A DNA stretch of 61,415 bases, the filler included, from Choristocarpus tenellus KU-1152 (taxonomy: Eukaryota > Protista > Phaeophyceae), in NCBI GenBank assembly GCA_964200185.2. It is 9 parts of 9 records of this genome, joined end to end, with 100 filler letters (N's around TTAATTAATTAA, not from the genome) between each part and the next. Parts side by side here need not be neighbours in the genome. Positions count along the whole stretch, not along the records: positions 32,996 to 50,771 come from CAXNAD020000628.1; 8 more parts are not named here. One strand, written 5' to 3'. Of the stretch, positions 37,676 to 50,215 are shown in pieces. The notes beneath the pieces were generated by a model that was not told the origin of the DNA, ran no database searches, and saw nothing but the letters and a program-made list of their open reading frames with translations. Position 1 is the first letter of the stretch, and the number at the start of each line of letters is the position of its first letter. A program made the translations under genes and the position numbers.

Positions 37676-38029
37676 CGAGTTTCTACTTGTGAATCCTTTA
37701 GCACAATAAAAGTATGCATGTTCAGCGTTGGAGAGGCAAGGAGTGATGAAAGGATTCGTCAAGTCACAACTACGTCATCCTTTGCTTCATGTGAGCCCAA
37801 TCACGAGATGAAATTGGTGCCGGATACTCATCTACAGTGGACCTACACACTATCCAGAATACTAGGCTATCTACGAAGATCTGCCCTCGACACCTTCCTC
37901 TTCTCTGTCCTTAACCCTGAGTTTGACTTTCTCCTCGACTATCCTCGACAGGCTAATGTCGTGCGGTTTGCCCCCCCCCTCCTCTCTCACTGCAACAGCG
38001 ATGGTTATTATAGAACATCGTCACGTTGC

Positions 38030-38080
38030 TAGAGAAGGAAGGAGGGAAGGAGGGAAGGAGGGAAGGGTGGAAGGATGAAG

Positions 38081-38119
<39 letters not shown>
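38030..38119. repeat. Purine-rich GGA/GA microsatellite upstream of the RAP-like gene
   Basis: GGAA/GGAG units followed by (GA)n. Confidence 0.9.
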
Positions 38120-38120
<1 letters not shown>

Positions 38121-38666
38121 ACTAGAATCGGCGAAAAGGGAATGAACACCTTCACATGCTGCAGAGACTTGCATACATGATGGACAAAGGAGATACAACC
38201 AGGCCGTAAGGACTAGGTAGGGAGCTCTCGGTCGGTTTCCATCACCGACCCAGCCTTGGGTTGTACACATTGCTCAAGATGCATGAGAGGAGTTGCTCCT
38301 GATTGAACTAGGGGTGTTGGAGGCAATGTGAAAGTATCAATACGTGTTCTTGTATAGAGCCGTGGGCGTCGGCTCTTGTCTTGAAGTACTTCAAATATCT
38401 ACAAGTATTCTACAATAAAATGTATGAGGGTTGTTGACATACACCCATCTTGTACATGGAGTTAATTAGTAGTACAAAAAACACTCTCACTAACTACCCA
38501 AATGTGTATTGTGTTCTAACAGGTTTTTAATTTCAAACTCGACTCTTTATTAGTAAACAGTTTAAGAGTAGGTTGACCGATTCGTGGGATTCTTCCCTTC
38601 CTTGTTTGTCATCCGGGAAAATATGTGTCAATATTGGAATTGGTTTTGTCGTTTTGTTGTCTGTTC

Positions 38667-38996
38667 CTCAATGTACACAACACACTACCTAACGTTCATG
38701 ATGCACTCTCAACATACACAACACACTGCCTAACGTTCATGATACACTCTCAACATACACAATACACTCCCTAAAGTTCATGATACACTCTCAACATACA
38801 CAACACACTACCTAACGTTCATGATACACTCTCAACATACAAAACACACTACCTAACGTTCATGATACACTCTCAACATACAAAACACACTACCTAACAT
38901 TCATGATACACTCTCAACATACACAACACACTACCTAACATTCATGATACACTCTCAACATACACAACACACTGCCTAATGTTCATGATACACTCT
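38667..38996. repeat. 41-bp minisatellite, ~8 copies
   Basis: Unit ACACAACACACTACCTAACGTTCATGATACACTCTCAACAT with few substitutions. Confidence 0.95.
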
Positions 38997-38999
38997 TAA

Positions 39000-39292
39000 G
39001 TTATAACCTCAACACCTTCGCAGTGGAAAGTTTTGGGGGCCTCAGCAAGCAAGCGGAACGTTTCCTGGATGAGCTGGCTATACACGCGGTAGGGGGGAGA
39101 GGAACTGGAAGCCATGCCAGGAAAGGGACGATAAAATCTTGCCTACATCAAATAGTATCGGTAACAACGCTGGTGGCACTGCCTAGACGTGTCATGCGTT
39201 TCAAGCTGGAGTCACCAGAGAGATGGGCAAGGAGGGGCTTGTTAGATTCTTGGGATGCTTCCCTAGCTCCTCACCCTGGGGTACAGGAATAG
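39000..39292 (+). mobile_element. 3' end of an RLE-type (CRE/NeSL-like) non-LTR retrotransposon ORF
   Basis: YNLNTFAVESFGGLSKQAERFLDELAIHAVGGRGTGSHARKGTIKSCLHQIVSVTTLVALPRRVMRFKL has the AVE.FG.L C-terminal RLE motif. Confidence 0.8.
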
Positions 39293-39870
39293 GTAGATTG
39301 GAGGCACAGGAAGGCAGTGGTAAAACATAGTGGTGAAATGACAAATACCTTAATGTTTTTCACATTTGTGACAAGTTTTAATTCCTTAGGGATTTTTCTG
39401 ACTTGTGAGAAGCTTTTTTTTTTCCTTGGTTTTCCCTCGACACATCTCAGAAATGTCAAAGGGCATAATAATATATTCAAGACTTCTAATACCATGTTTG
39501 TTGTGTTTGTTGGATTCTTATCATACTATGCAATTACTACTATACTAGTATATTATTTATTATGCCCTCTGACTTTTTCCAGATGTGCCAGGGAAAAACT
39601 AATGAAAACTATTCACATATCTGAAAAATCCCTATTGTATTTCCTTCTCTTTCGACTAATATGCTCCTCACCCTAGGGTGCAGGAATAGGTAGATTAGAG
39701 GCAAGGAAGGCAGTGGTACAACATAGATAGTAGTGAAATAACAAATAGATTAGTGTTTCTCACATTTGTGACATATTTTACTTGTTTAGGGTTTATACTG
39801 ACATGTGAATAGTTTTCATTGGTTTTCCCCCTGATACATCTGCAATATGTTAGAGGGCATAATAATATAA
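39266..39870 (+). repeat. Duplicated LINE 3'-tail-like repeat (two direct copies plus an inverted partial copy)
   Basis: GCTCCTCACCCT.GGGT.CAGGAATAGGTAGATT..ACATCT..AATGT..AGGGCATAATAAT at 39267 and 39663; inverted arm at 39549-39632; further copy at 50070-50215. Confidence 0.8.
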
Positions 39871-41299
39871 TATGTGGAAAGCATGTTTGTCTGTTGTTAT
39901 ACCATTATTATTGCCGTATGACATACACCTTTATACCGATGTAGGTTTCCTTGCTAGGAATCCCCGATTCCAGCGGAGGATCTTATGAGTAATTGAGGTG
40001 TGGAATCTTTCAAGAGATCAATCCCACAAGTAATGGACATCTCTTCAACCAGAGATGTCACACATCAAAGATTCTCTTTGTTGTCACGTCTTGACTTTTG
40101 AAATCCCCCTCTTGTAAGATTCTCATCACTAGTCACTCCACAGTTTTTCTACAAGTCCTTGCAGTCTTGCACTTGTCCAACCTTAACCTCATCCTCTTGG
40201 TTATGGTTTGTCTTTGTTCGTCTGGTCCGTCTAGCCTGGTGATTCTCTTCGCCACCCTTACCTGACTGAACCATGCCGCCATAGAATCACACGACTTGAA
40301 AAAATTTCTCGTTGTATTACATATTTGTATTATTTTATGTTTAATAGTTTTACTTCCTTCATACTTATTGATTTATGTACATACCTGTTTAGGACATATC
40401 ATTAAGAATAGTAATATGTAATATATAATATGTGACATTATGGTTAGAGCATTATAATTAAAAGAACAATCCAAGTACATAAGGGTAGTAGTAGTACTAA
40501 CAGTAGTGTGTTGGTATACTCCTACAATATAGTATGTAGTAGTTGATTGAGATACACTATATACTATAAATACTATTATGGAAGGAAGTAGCACTAAATG
40601 CTTTACATATCTTTATAATATTTCGAGTTAGACAACAAACAAAATTGGTTGGAATTGTTGGGCAAGTTTGATCTAATGCAGTTGATTTGTGATCCTAAAT
40701 CCTCCTGAAACCAAAGATATATGTCAGTTTTGGACCAAAATTGGAGAATATACATCAGCCCCACCAAGCATTCCAACCACTGTAAAATCTGCTACGGGTC
40801 GATTTATTCCGTGAAATATATATGAAACGAAAACTGACGCCCTAACATATTGATCAAGCAATTGCAGCACCTTCAGTTCACAATACAGTGTGTGATAGGG
40901 TGCACTGTCTCAAGAAGGGGATTAAATCTGTCTTGGGGGGTATTTTTGTTGTTTTCATGTTTTCATTATTTTTTTATCTGTTCATGACGTGAAACCTGTG
41001 CCATTGGAATACTGATATAAACAGGACTCATTTGATAAGTTTTTGCTGGCTCAAATCCTTTTGGTTGGCAGTGCAAGAACATTTGAAGATGAAAAATGCT
41101 TGAAGTACTCTAGATGCACTTTGAGTACTCCAAGCGTTGCTGGGTCATCTTTTGATATTCATTATTGGATTACAGGCTCACATTCATCAGCTTCGACACT
41201 GTCATTGTTCCCATCTTCCACCATGGGTTCCACCTTGTAATCCTGCAAAATCTCCTCATCTGCTCCCACCTTGACAGCATCCGTTGGTCTGCTAACTTT

Positions 41300-41940
41300 T
41301 TTTGTATATTTCAGCTTGTGTGGAATATTTGTCAGATTGAATACGTTCCTCCAGTATCTTGTCCTCTGTCTTGATCTATCTTGTCATCTCCCTCAGGGCA
41401 TGGGCTACCAGCTTGCCATAGTATAGTGGTTTCCATCCCTCAATCCGATCATAGTTAGGGTTACCCTATCACCCCAGCCTTATCTGATCTTCGACTTGGG
41501 TAATCATCTCTCCCCTTAGCATACCAAAAGCTGACATAGTGCTTCTATTCTGCCAAAACAACTCTATGGGCTGAAACACGGCCATATAAGGTGGTGTACA
41601 GATCATATTTCAGCCCTTCTTATCAACACCTCTGCCAGCTCAAGGAGATTGCTTGGGTAGTGACTCTTGTGATTTCATGTCATGGCATGCATTTCAGGCT
41701 AGAGACAACAGGGTCGGTGGGTAAGGCAGGGCTTGATTGCCTCATAGGATCCTTCTCTTGTTTCTAGACCGCCTTCATAGTGCCAGTTTAGGAGCAATTT
41801 CACCTTTATGTGTGTTGATAGGTTTATTGGTTGTGTTCAGAAAAAAAGTAGTACCTGTTTGTGCAGAGACTCCAGGTCGAGGTGAATGGAGTTGGTTTCT
41901 TGTTCGAAATATACAAGGATGGTTTGGTGTATCATTCAAA
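41300..41940 (-). mobile_element. Degenerate Tc1/IS630-like DDE transposase remnant
   Basis: ICTPPYMAVFQPIELFW (compare LPPY.PELNPIE..W) at ~41605-41550; possible decayed second-D motif LNDTPNH at ~41940-41918. Confidence 0.65.
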
Positions 41941-42189
41941 AGGCCTTCACTGTAAGCAATGCAAACTCTGTTGTTATCATGTTTGTTGTCTCCTTTGCCT
42001 TACATGTTGATTTTTACTCCCTCCACACAATATGCAAAATTTCAGTGGGCAAAACAACTATCTGGTACATACTGCATACTACATACTGCATACTACGTAC
42101 TACATACTACGCAAAATGCAACATTCATTATTTATTGCAGAAGGCGTTGGTTTCTTGTTTCCAAATATACTACAAAACTGCCATTAGTT

Positions 42190-42480
42190 TATAGCCCTTT
42201 ATTGCAAGATTTCTTATTCACTGAAGTGAGTGTAGCAGTTGAAGAATTCACATCTGATCCGATTGTCTCCAAGGATCTTGTTGCCATTGAGAAATCGTCC
42301 ACAAACAGCCAGATCAGACGACGAGGAGGAACACTATTATAGGGAGTGGGACAACACTTGAGTGGCTCCTGTGAGGTATATGCTTTCTGTTGATGATACG
42401 GGCATTGTCTCCAGGACTCAAGGAGGTTTGGCCAAGATAATGTCGGAGATAGTTAAAGGTGTGTGCAAATCATGTCCTGT
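42190..42480 (+). mobile_element. RTE-clade LINE reverse-transcriptase fragment
   Basis: SPLLQDFLFTEV..FTSDPIVSKDLV and YMLSVDDTGIVSRTQGGLAKIMSEIV correspond to PLLFNIFF..DLV and MLYADDAGIVSRS..GL..MM. Confidence 0.82.
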
Positions 42481-43769
42481 CATACAAAATGCTCTTGTGC
42501 AGACTGGATGTGAGAGTATTGACAATGTGCGCCATGCTAAAGCAGCAGCTAAGGTCGCATAAAACACCTCCATCACCATCATCACTGTCTGCTGACTGAT
42601 ATTTTCTCCCTTTGTTCTCATTGTGGATGTTTTTCCTGCATCTATCATTTCTTCTTTTTCTTTTTTTCTTTCTTCTCTTTCCTTTAGCGTTTCTTGGGTG
42701 GTAATGTTTTTTCCACCTGCAGGCCATCTTAGAATCTCCCTTTGTTCTCTTTCAACTGCTTTTATTTTATTTTATTTTATTTTATTTTACTGACCTTGAT
42801 GCCTTCACAACCAGTGCGTATTGCCTTCTTTGAACTTCCTTTTCAACCAATGGTGTAGGATTCCACAGAATAGTATGATGATGATTAACTAACCCATTCA
42901 TTGCAAGCGATACAGTGTTGTTGTGTCTGTTATATTTATTCTTTGTGTTTATGTTGCTTCTTCTACCCTATCACAATATCTGCAAAATGTCAAAATCATT
43001 TAATAAACATAAAACAATTGAATCTACACATCGGAAAAAGCATGTATTATATATGTGGCATTGGGTTTCAAAAATAGAACAGTATTGTAGTTCGGATATA
43101 TTCTTCTTGTTTTCAAAGCAATATACAATTAGTGAATAGTGATGCATACAAAGAGTCTACACTGTAAGCAATAAACTCTGTAATCATGGTTGTTGATGCT
43201 TCAACCATCTATGTTGCTCCTCTTCCACATCACAACATCTCCAAAATGTCAAGTGGGCTCTAAGTAGAGTACATATATGCACACCCCAGAGTAATACAGC
43301 AATGTATTTCAAATCTTAATTTTTCCACCATTTATACCTCTTCTATCCTTCATCCAACTTTGATATCTCAAGAGTCAAGGCGTTCACTGTCTTGTGGGAA
43401 AATTTCATATATATTTCATCCAATGGGATGTGAAGTGATCCTGCCAATGTAGCCCTATTCAGGGACTCGACCAGATTCAGTGCTACTCCAGCCTCAATAT
43501 ACGCCTGACAAAGCCTTGCTGCTGCCTCACATTCTTATCCTTTGACCTGGAGTCATCAACGAACTATGTCCATTGCACTAAACTCATACACCAACTTTGT
43601 TGCCCCAACCCTACCAGGTCTATGTCCCATCCGACTGCCCTGAGAATCCTCAGCACTCATCCTGGCATGCATCTCATTCAACTTCTTGTTCTCATACACC
43701 AACTTCGATTCATTCCCCAAATCCTATCTGGTCCACGCCCAAGCACCCTAAGAATCCTCACCACTCATC

Positions 43770-43826
43770 CTGGTTAGGATATCTGACTTACACTCAGGAG
43801 ACCAGGGTTCGTTTACCAGCGAGGGA
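43770..43826 (+). pseudogene. tRNA-derived fragment (Glu-like body, anticodon loop reads CTTACAC), 5' acceptor strand missing
   Basis: TGGTTAGGATA-TCTGA-CTTACAC-TCAGG-AGAC-CAGGG-TTCGTTT-ACCAG-CGAGGGA: D-loop GG, paired anticodon stem, GGTTCG B-box, mismatched T-stem. Confidence 0.6.
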
Positions 43827-46800
43827 CATAATTTATTTACACTGTCCTATCTTTTTAAAAATTGATCGTATGTAGACATCAAGTTCGAGAGACTTATCCT
43901 GTCAAACATCTCAGCATGCCCTATCCGAATGCCCTGAGAACCCTCAGCACTCATCCTGGCACGCATCTCATTCAACTTTTTTAAGATAAGCTTCTCCTTG
44001 CAAATCAGGGGAAGAGTCATTAAAAACTGTGCAAGCTTAGTGAATCACATGAGCAATTTTGGAATCTGTTGGCCAAATGATCGAGTACAGTGTTGGGTCT
44101 GGTTGCACAGCCACCTTGATATACCATGAGAAGCCGCGTTCCTCTCCTTGATCCTCCTCTTCCTGGCCTCCTGCAAGAGCTTTGTCTTCATTTCGGTGAG
44201 GTTTCTGCTATCTTCCAAATGACTTCTAGCTTCTTCACCTTTCTTCCAAACAACTCCAGTTCCTTAGGTGTTGTGGAATCTCTGTTGAAAGTCTATTGTG
44301 GTTAAACAAAGTTTCCATCAAAAGGCACTAGCTCCTTCCAGAGATTGCCAATCTTGATCTTCAAACGTTGCAAAATCTTCTTTTGGCAATCCTGATGCTT
44401 TACAGAGTTGTTTTTCGGGGGGATTCAGTGTGGACCTCAGCCTTGCGGTTCTTGGCAGGTAACATCTTTCATCTCTCATCTTCCTCACAAAGCATTGTAG
44501 TCACACTAGCCTTTTGTGTATTTCCTTCCGCCCTAGTCACACTGACCTTCATCTTGGGGAAGGCTTGCTTGAATTAGTCCTCCACCACTGATCTCGCTTC
44601 CCTCAATTCAGTCTCCACCTCCACTCGTTTCAACACGATGGTCTCAGCATCGGCAGTCACCTGCTTTGCTTCAATGACGGCAGATGTAATAGCAGCAGAA
44701 CCTTGCTCCGCCATCTGTCTACCTTCTCGAACCAGGTGTGTTCTGCCTGTGCTAGTGATGCCATGCTTGTCCCTGTAGGCTTCGTTTTGCCTTTTACCAG
44801 CGTGGGATCTCTTCCACACACTGCCTCCTAGTTAGTTACCTACACACCATCATGGGGTTGCCCATTTTTTTCGGTACAACTTACCACAGCAACCACGTGG
44901 ATGATTGGGGTATGGATTGTTGCTAAGAAGCGTTGGAAGTCCTTCTACTCAATGATCCCAAACCCTCTGTGACAGGTTTCCTAATTCATGAAGGGTAAGG
45001 GAGAAAAAAGAAGGAAATCAAAAGCCCTACTTACAAATCCCAAGAATAACATTTCGTTCTTCAAATAACCCTGTGCATGTATGTGATGGACTATCTCTGA
45101 AAAGCTCATCATCATCAACAGTTATTGTCTCATCCCAAGTGACCTGTTAAGAAATAAGTGCATCATGTTGTAGAGAGAAGTGTTGGGTCTGTAGACGGAC
45201 ACCAATATCAAAATTACAAAGTGTTACCATGAAAAAAAAAAAAAAAATGCCTCTCATTCTGATGCATGACTTGTCATTTGTGTGACTTGATTTTTTCTGG
45301 AGGGTTGGGTCAGGCGTCCCACCACCCCTTGCTCCGCCTCCTCCCACAAATCTAATGGCGAAGATAGTAAGGTACATGTGTACTCCCCAATGGACTTGCC
45401 ACATCATCCATCGAAAGCCAAATTTCCTGAATAATATAAAATAGTAGTACCAATAATTCTAAGTACATGTTCTTATACCTACCTGCTCTACACACAAATT
45501 TGTGAATGGTGGAGACTTTCATGAACACCCACCCTTTCTTTCTACCTGTAGTCCAGCCAATTAACATAGTAGTACTACGGTAGTGTATATACTTCAAAGT
45601 ACTAACTAGAACCTTAGAAGTTCACACTCAGTCAGTACTTTGAAGTACATACTTCAAATGCGTAAGACTTGCAAAAAACCGTATACTACACAGTACATAA
45701 TGCCTAACTATGCTTTGAGTATTACATAGATATCCATAGTCATTATTGCTTAGGGTCACAAGTCAGGTTAGGGTAGGGGTTTTATGGTTTCGGTCTGACC
45801 TCTCCTCATGAATATGCACACTACCCAATAAAGAGATTGTGAACCATTCTTTTGTACTCCCACCATCAGAAACTTAGTGCCCATCTTCCCTAACTGCTAA
45901 GTCATACACCTTCCATGTGCTTTCTTTGCATTTATGGGCAAACCTGTCATTGTATATTTGTATTCCCGCAGGTTTATATCACATTATCCACACTTCAACT
46001 TCAAATTACAAATACCTTGGCATACCATCCCAATCACATTACTTCTTTGGCAATTGAGAGATACCCCACCAAATCTGCCGATGGTTTGACTCACTCAGGT
46101 GCACTACTCCTTGAGCAAGTCATGGGAATAGACAAGTTTTCTGTCAATACCTTCATCTTGTCATCTGATAATAATGAAAACGCCCATCAGATTTGTATTC
46201 TTACCAAATTTTTCTATATTCAAGGGAAATTTTCCCATTATATGTAATGTATGCATATTGATACTCATAAGAATAATGCTTCATGATGGGTCCAAAGTGA
46301 TTGCCACATAGCAATAAACCATACTTACATAGTTTAAACTATTGCGTCAATAAGTTCAGGGCTATGAGCATTCTTCGATGCTACTGGTGGTTTGACACCA
46401 AAGCAGTGAGTGGTCTTTAGATCAAATTGTGTGCAGTGGTGAGAAAAGACAATAAACTTCGTAGGTTATTGGTCTTTCATGCTCACCCTGCAAATCATCC
46501 AAATTTTCGAATTTCTGTTACTTGGTAATATTCTCCAGTCACATGCGTCTGTGGTTGCTTTTCCACATATTATTAGGATGAGTAAAAATATATAGCATGG
46601 GACGGAATCAATGCAGGTGACAATGTATCCACCGAAGTATCTCAAGATTATGTGCTGTGCTTCAAAGTATGATACAGAAGTGGAAAATGAAGTATAATGC
46701 AGCAGTCCCCTCTTATCCAGTCCAGGCTCAAGTATTTCCTTTCAGAGAACATGACATCAGACTTTCACAAAAATAGACTTCCAATATAAATTATGGCACC

Positions 46801-48472
46801 CTACTTCACACAAGCACATTATTGAAAACACCAAATGAGTCCATGGTGGGGAAGAGGGGTGCAAGTGCTGTATGTGAATCCATGAGCCTAACAGTTATAT
46901 TGTAGGTTTCAGGATCCATTATAGTCAGATTCTGCAAAAAGGGATCCCTTCTGCAGTTCACACCTCATGTGGGAAACTCTGAGTTGTGAGACAGTACCTC
47001 TTCGTGGGTCGTTCACAATTCTAAACAAGATGGTCAGGGTCAAGTTCAAATATTTATCATACACACATTAGAGATAGTTCCACTGTCCATTGGACTGAAT
47101 CTTGGCCATGGTGACTTCATCCTAATTTAGATGTCTCCATCTGTAGTTGATGCAAAACCAGGCTTTTCTGCCAGGTTGTGCTAGCATACTGAATTGGGAA
47201 ATAGCGAAATACACCTCAGGTTTGCTACAGGAGTAAAGTTGCTGACATCATTCCAAACTGTCTATTTGCAAATCATGGGTCTCCAATTTGACAATCTGAG
47301 ACAGGTGAATGAAAAGATAAGCAGCAAACACTACCAGACTTTATTACCTTGGTTTAGTTGCCACCAATCTACAAACACCAAAGCATCAACAAGTACCATG
47401 AAAACCCATACTTCATCTGACCCCAACAATCCACTCATTGTGAGTCAGGTTTCTGGAAGTACTGTCTACAAGCTCCAGTGCTGCGCTTTTGCAAATACAA
47501 CTAGCCATGTCAAAGTTCCCAGAGCACCTGTAGCATCTATGGCTTATGCAGACATTTCTGGTATACCAGCATTATGGAATCTGTCATCAACTCTCCTTCA
47601 CAAAGGGAAACGACAAAGTGTAATCTAGTGTGAACAGGTTAGAAGGGGAAGAACAGGTGTTGACCAATTTCAAAGACCAGGTCCGACAAGAATACTGAAA
47701 TAGTTAACACTTCAAAATGCTTCAGAGCTATGTTTCAGTGATAGTCTCAGCACTGAAGAGTACATTGGCACCCGTAGGCTTCATGGGATGTATGTCTATA
47801 ATCTTTCAAAGAATCACACAATAACAGCAAAGTATGTACTGCACACTTGAATACATAATGAAAACATTGAACTTGGTCCAAAACACAGGACAGATAGAGT
47901 TCCACGCCCTGGATACACAGTCCTCTTACTTCACACCAGTACAGTGCAAAAGACAAAATGAATAAGAAGTTTCCCCATCCAGGCTACTGAATCCCCCATT
48001 GCACACAGATATGGACAGCGCTAAGATAGAAAATGGTCACACTCCTGACTGCACCATACTATTGTATATACTGCAAGCACTGCTCAGTGATCACCCCTCT
48101 CCAGATACCGTCATAACTCCAAATCACACCTTTGCAAATCATCCCTGTACATCCCTTCCATACAAACCGCAAAAAGTAGACTATCCCTCTAACACAATCA
48201 ATCAATCAATCAAGAATTCCTTCCCAGAAATTGACTCTGAATTTCTCAACACATGTAACATCGTCATCGAAAATAGCACTGAGTTGTAGTTAGAGTCATG
48301 GCATAACTATGCAAGAATCCAATAGTGGCATATGTGGAACCACTTCACCATGTGTCCACAGGATCATGCCATGACCATGACTCCAAGTTTGGCAGACAAC
48401 CTTGGCTCATCTACTTCAAAGATTGACTCATCCCCTCTCACACCAGAGAACTATTCATAAGAACTGGCATCT

Positions 48473-49942
48473 CTAGGTCCATTTGTACTTGCTGATCTTG
48501 GCCTTTTCCAGGACGAATTTTCCCACCTTAGGGAAGGGTAGGGGTAGTTCAAAACTGAGTGGGGTTTTAGGGTTATGCCATGTACCATGGCAGGTTCCTG
48601 CAGGGTATTAGCTGATTTCCCCACCTTGTATTTCTCCCGCTCCTCAAATGCCTCCACGTATCTCCAACCTAAGAGTCCTTGGCAGGACACGCAATATATG
48701 TCTGCCACAGTATGCATCCCTACTTTTCCAAATGGAGAGGCCAACGAGTTGAAAGATAATGTTCATGTCAAATAGCAGGGGTACAAGCAATAGGTGTGAA
48801 CAACAGCTAAGTTGAGACCATGAAAACTGTCAATAAGACACAGTTAAAACTGAAGCTACCAACCACTCACTGTTCATCATACATCAACTTCCTCGCAATT
48901 TGGCAAATTGACTGTTGCACATTGTAAGTCATTTCATAGTCGAGTAAATGCAACGTCTCACTCCGCATCGTCTTCCCGATAGACCAGGTATGGCCCTGAT
49001 GTGATTTTGTCCGCATACCCGCCATTCAAGTCAAATGGTGGTTCAAGAGTGACAAGACGTTCTGCCAGGTCTTCAAGGATTCGCACCTGTACGAAGAGTA
49101 CGCTTTGTGCAAGGGCCAGATGTCACGTTCACAGCACTATCGAACAGATATGCCCTGGGAAAAGAACCGATTACAATAGGGAAGGCGCTTCAGTTGGATG
49201 GTATGGATGAGTCACCCCCAAGGCACATGCGACTGATAAGCTAAAAAAACCCCATACACTTGACCCTTTCAAGTAGTGAATATCCACCAGGTTTATCCTA
49301 CGCCACCTTTGCTATGGAAGATCAGAATGCGATGAAATTTTAGTTGGAATTTTCTTCTGCATTGAATGGCAATAATCCTCTCCCATTCGGAACAAAGGGG
49401 GTCTTGGGATGACGAGAACTTTCCATTGATCAACTGGATGCTAAATGACTTACTGTCCGCTTTGGCCATGGAATTCCTTCGACACGATTTGACTTGCACT
49501 TGACAGGTGAGTGTCGCATTCTTCGCAGGAATACACCTGTTGGAATGATTTTCATTTAACGTGGCGGATTACATGGAATAGTCAGAGAGGAGAGGTAGGG
49601 GCGAGAGGTCACAGTTAGAGTAGTCACTTCAGTTCGCTGGCGACACATGATCACGACATTTTCGTTGTTAGTATCAGCGACACTTTAGGGAGATAATAAC
49701 ACTTCCTTCACACCATGAGCGATTGGGAAAAACAGGGATCACAGCAGCATTGCATGTGAAGGCGATCATTTTCGACCTCTTCCACCAAAATGTGAAGCCG
49801 AACTTGAAGTTATCAAGATCATGTCGACTCCGATACTAGGGCATCTAAAAACCACAGGTAACGGACTCTAGAACATCGTGGATTAACCTAGCTAGTCACT
49901 TTCCTGGTGATCCTCCAGGTACTGTTTCGATATCCGTCCCAT
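48473..49942 (-). CDS. YPEL: Yippee-like zinc-binding protein, complete, 112 aa. Exons 49942-49904, 49536-49454, 49154-49087, 48719-48625, 48526-48473
   Basis: [13 protein letters not shown]|[28 protein letters not shown]|[23 protein letters not shown]|[31 protein letters not shown]|[17 protein letters not shown]. Both CxxC pairs are intact; 339-nt CDS. Intron 1 needs a GA donor. Confidence 0.92.
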
Positions 49943-50069
49943 CTCCACTTTCTGTTGTGTATATTTTTGGGGATTTATCACTCAATGGCGAGCACCGCGC
50001 GTTGTGTTGACGGTATAACCCTATAAAAACTCAAATCTGTTTTACATACAGTTCGAAATAATATAGAGA

Positions 50070-50215
50070 GGCCCAGGGGCACAGGAATAGGTAGATGGGA
50101 AGATAAGGACGACAGTAGTACAGTATTTGATAGTGAANNNNNNNNNNGTATGTATATAGTTTTCATTGTTTTCCCCCTGACACATCTGCAAAATGTCAGA
50201 GGGCATAATAATAAA
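50070..50215 (+). repeat. Copy of the LINE 3'-tail-like repeat just upstream of the Yippee gene
   Basis: CAGGAATAGGTAGAT..TTTTCCCCCTGACACATCTGCAAAATGTCAGAGGGCATAATAAT, as at 39663-39870. Confidence 0.75.

Noticed and set aside
38667-38996. CRISPR-like 41-bp repeats
   Set aside because: Head-to-tail units without spacers, so a minisatellite.
44040-47630. Possible viral or TE coding region
   Set aside because: The frames I translated are stop-ridden and I could not identify a diagnostic motif. TBLASTX/HMM searches would be needed.
48884-49086. Apparent extra exon [17 protein letters not shown].. on the minus strand
   Set aside because: It lies inside Yippee intron 3. The apparent acceptor is the AG|GT donor of the true exon 49154-49087.
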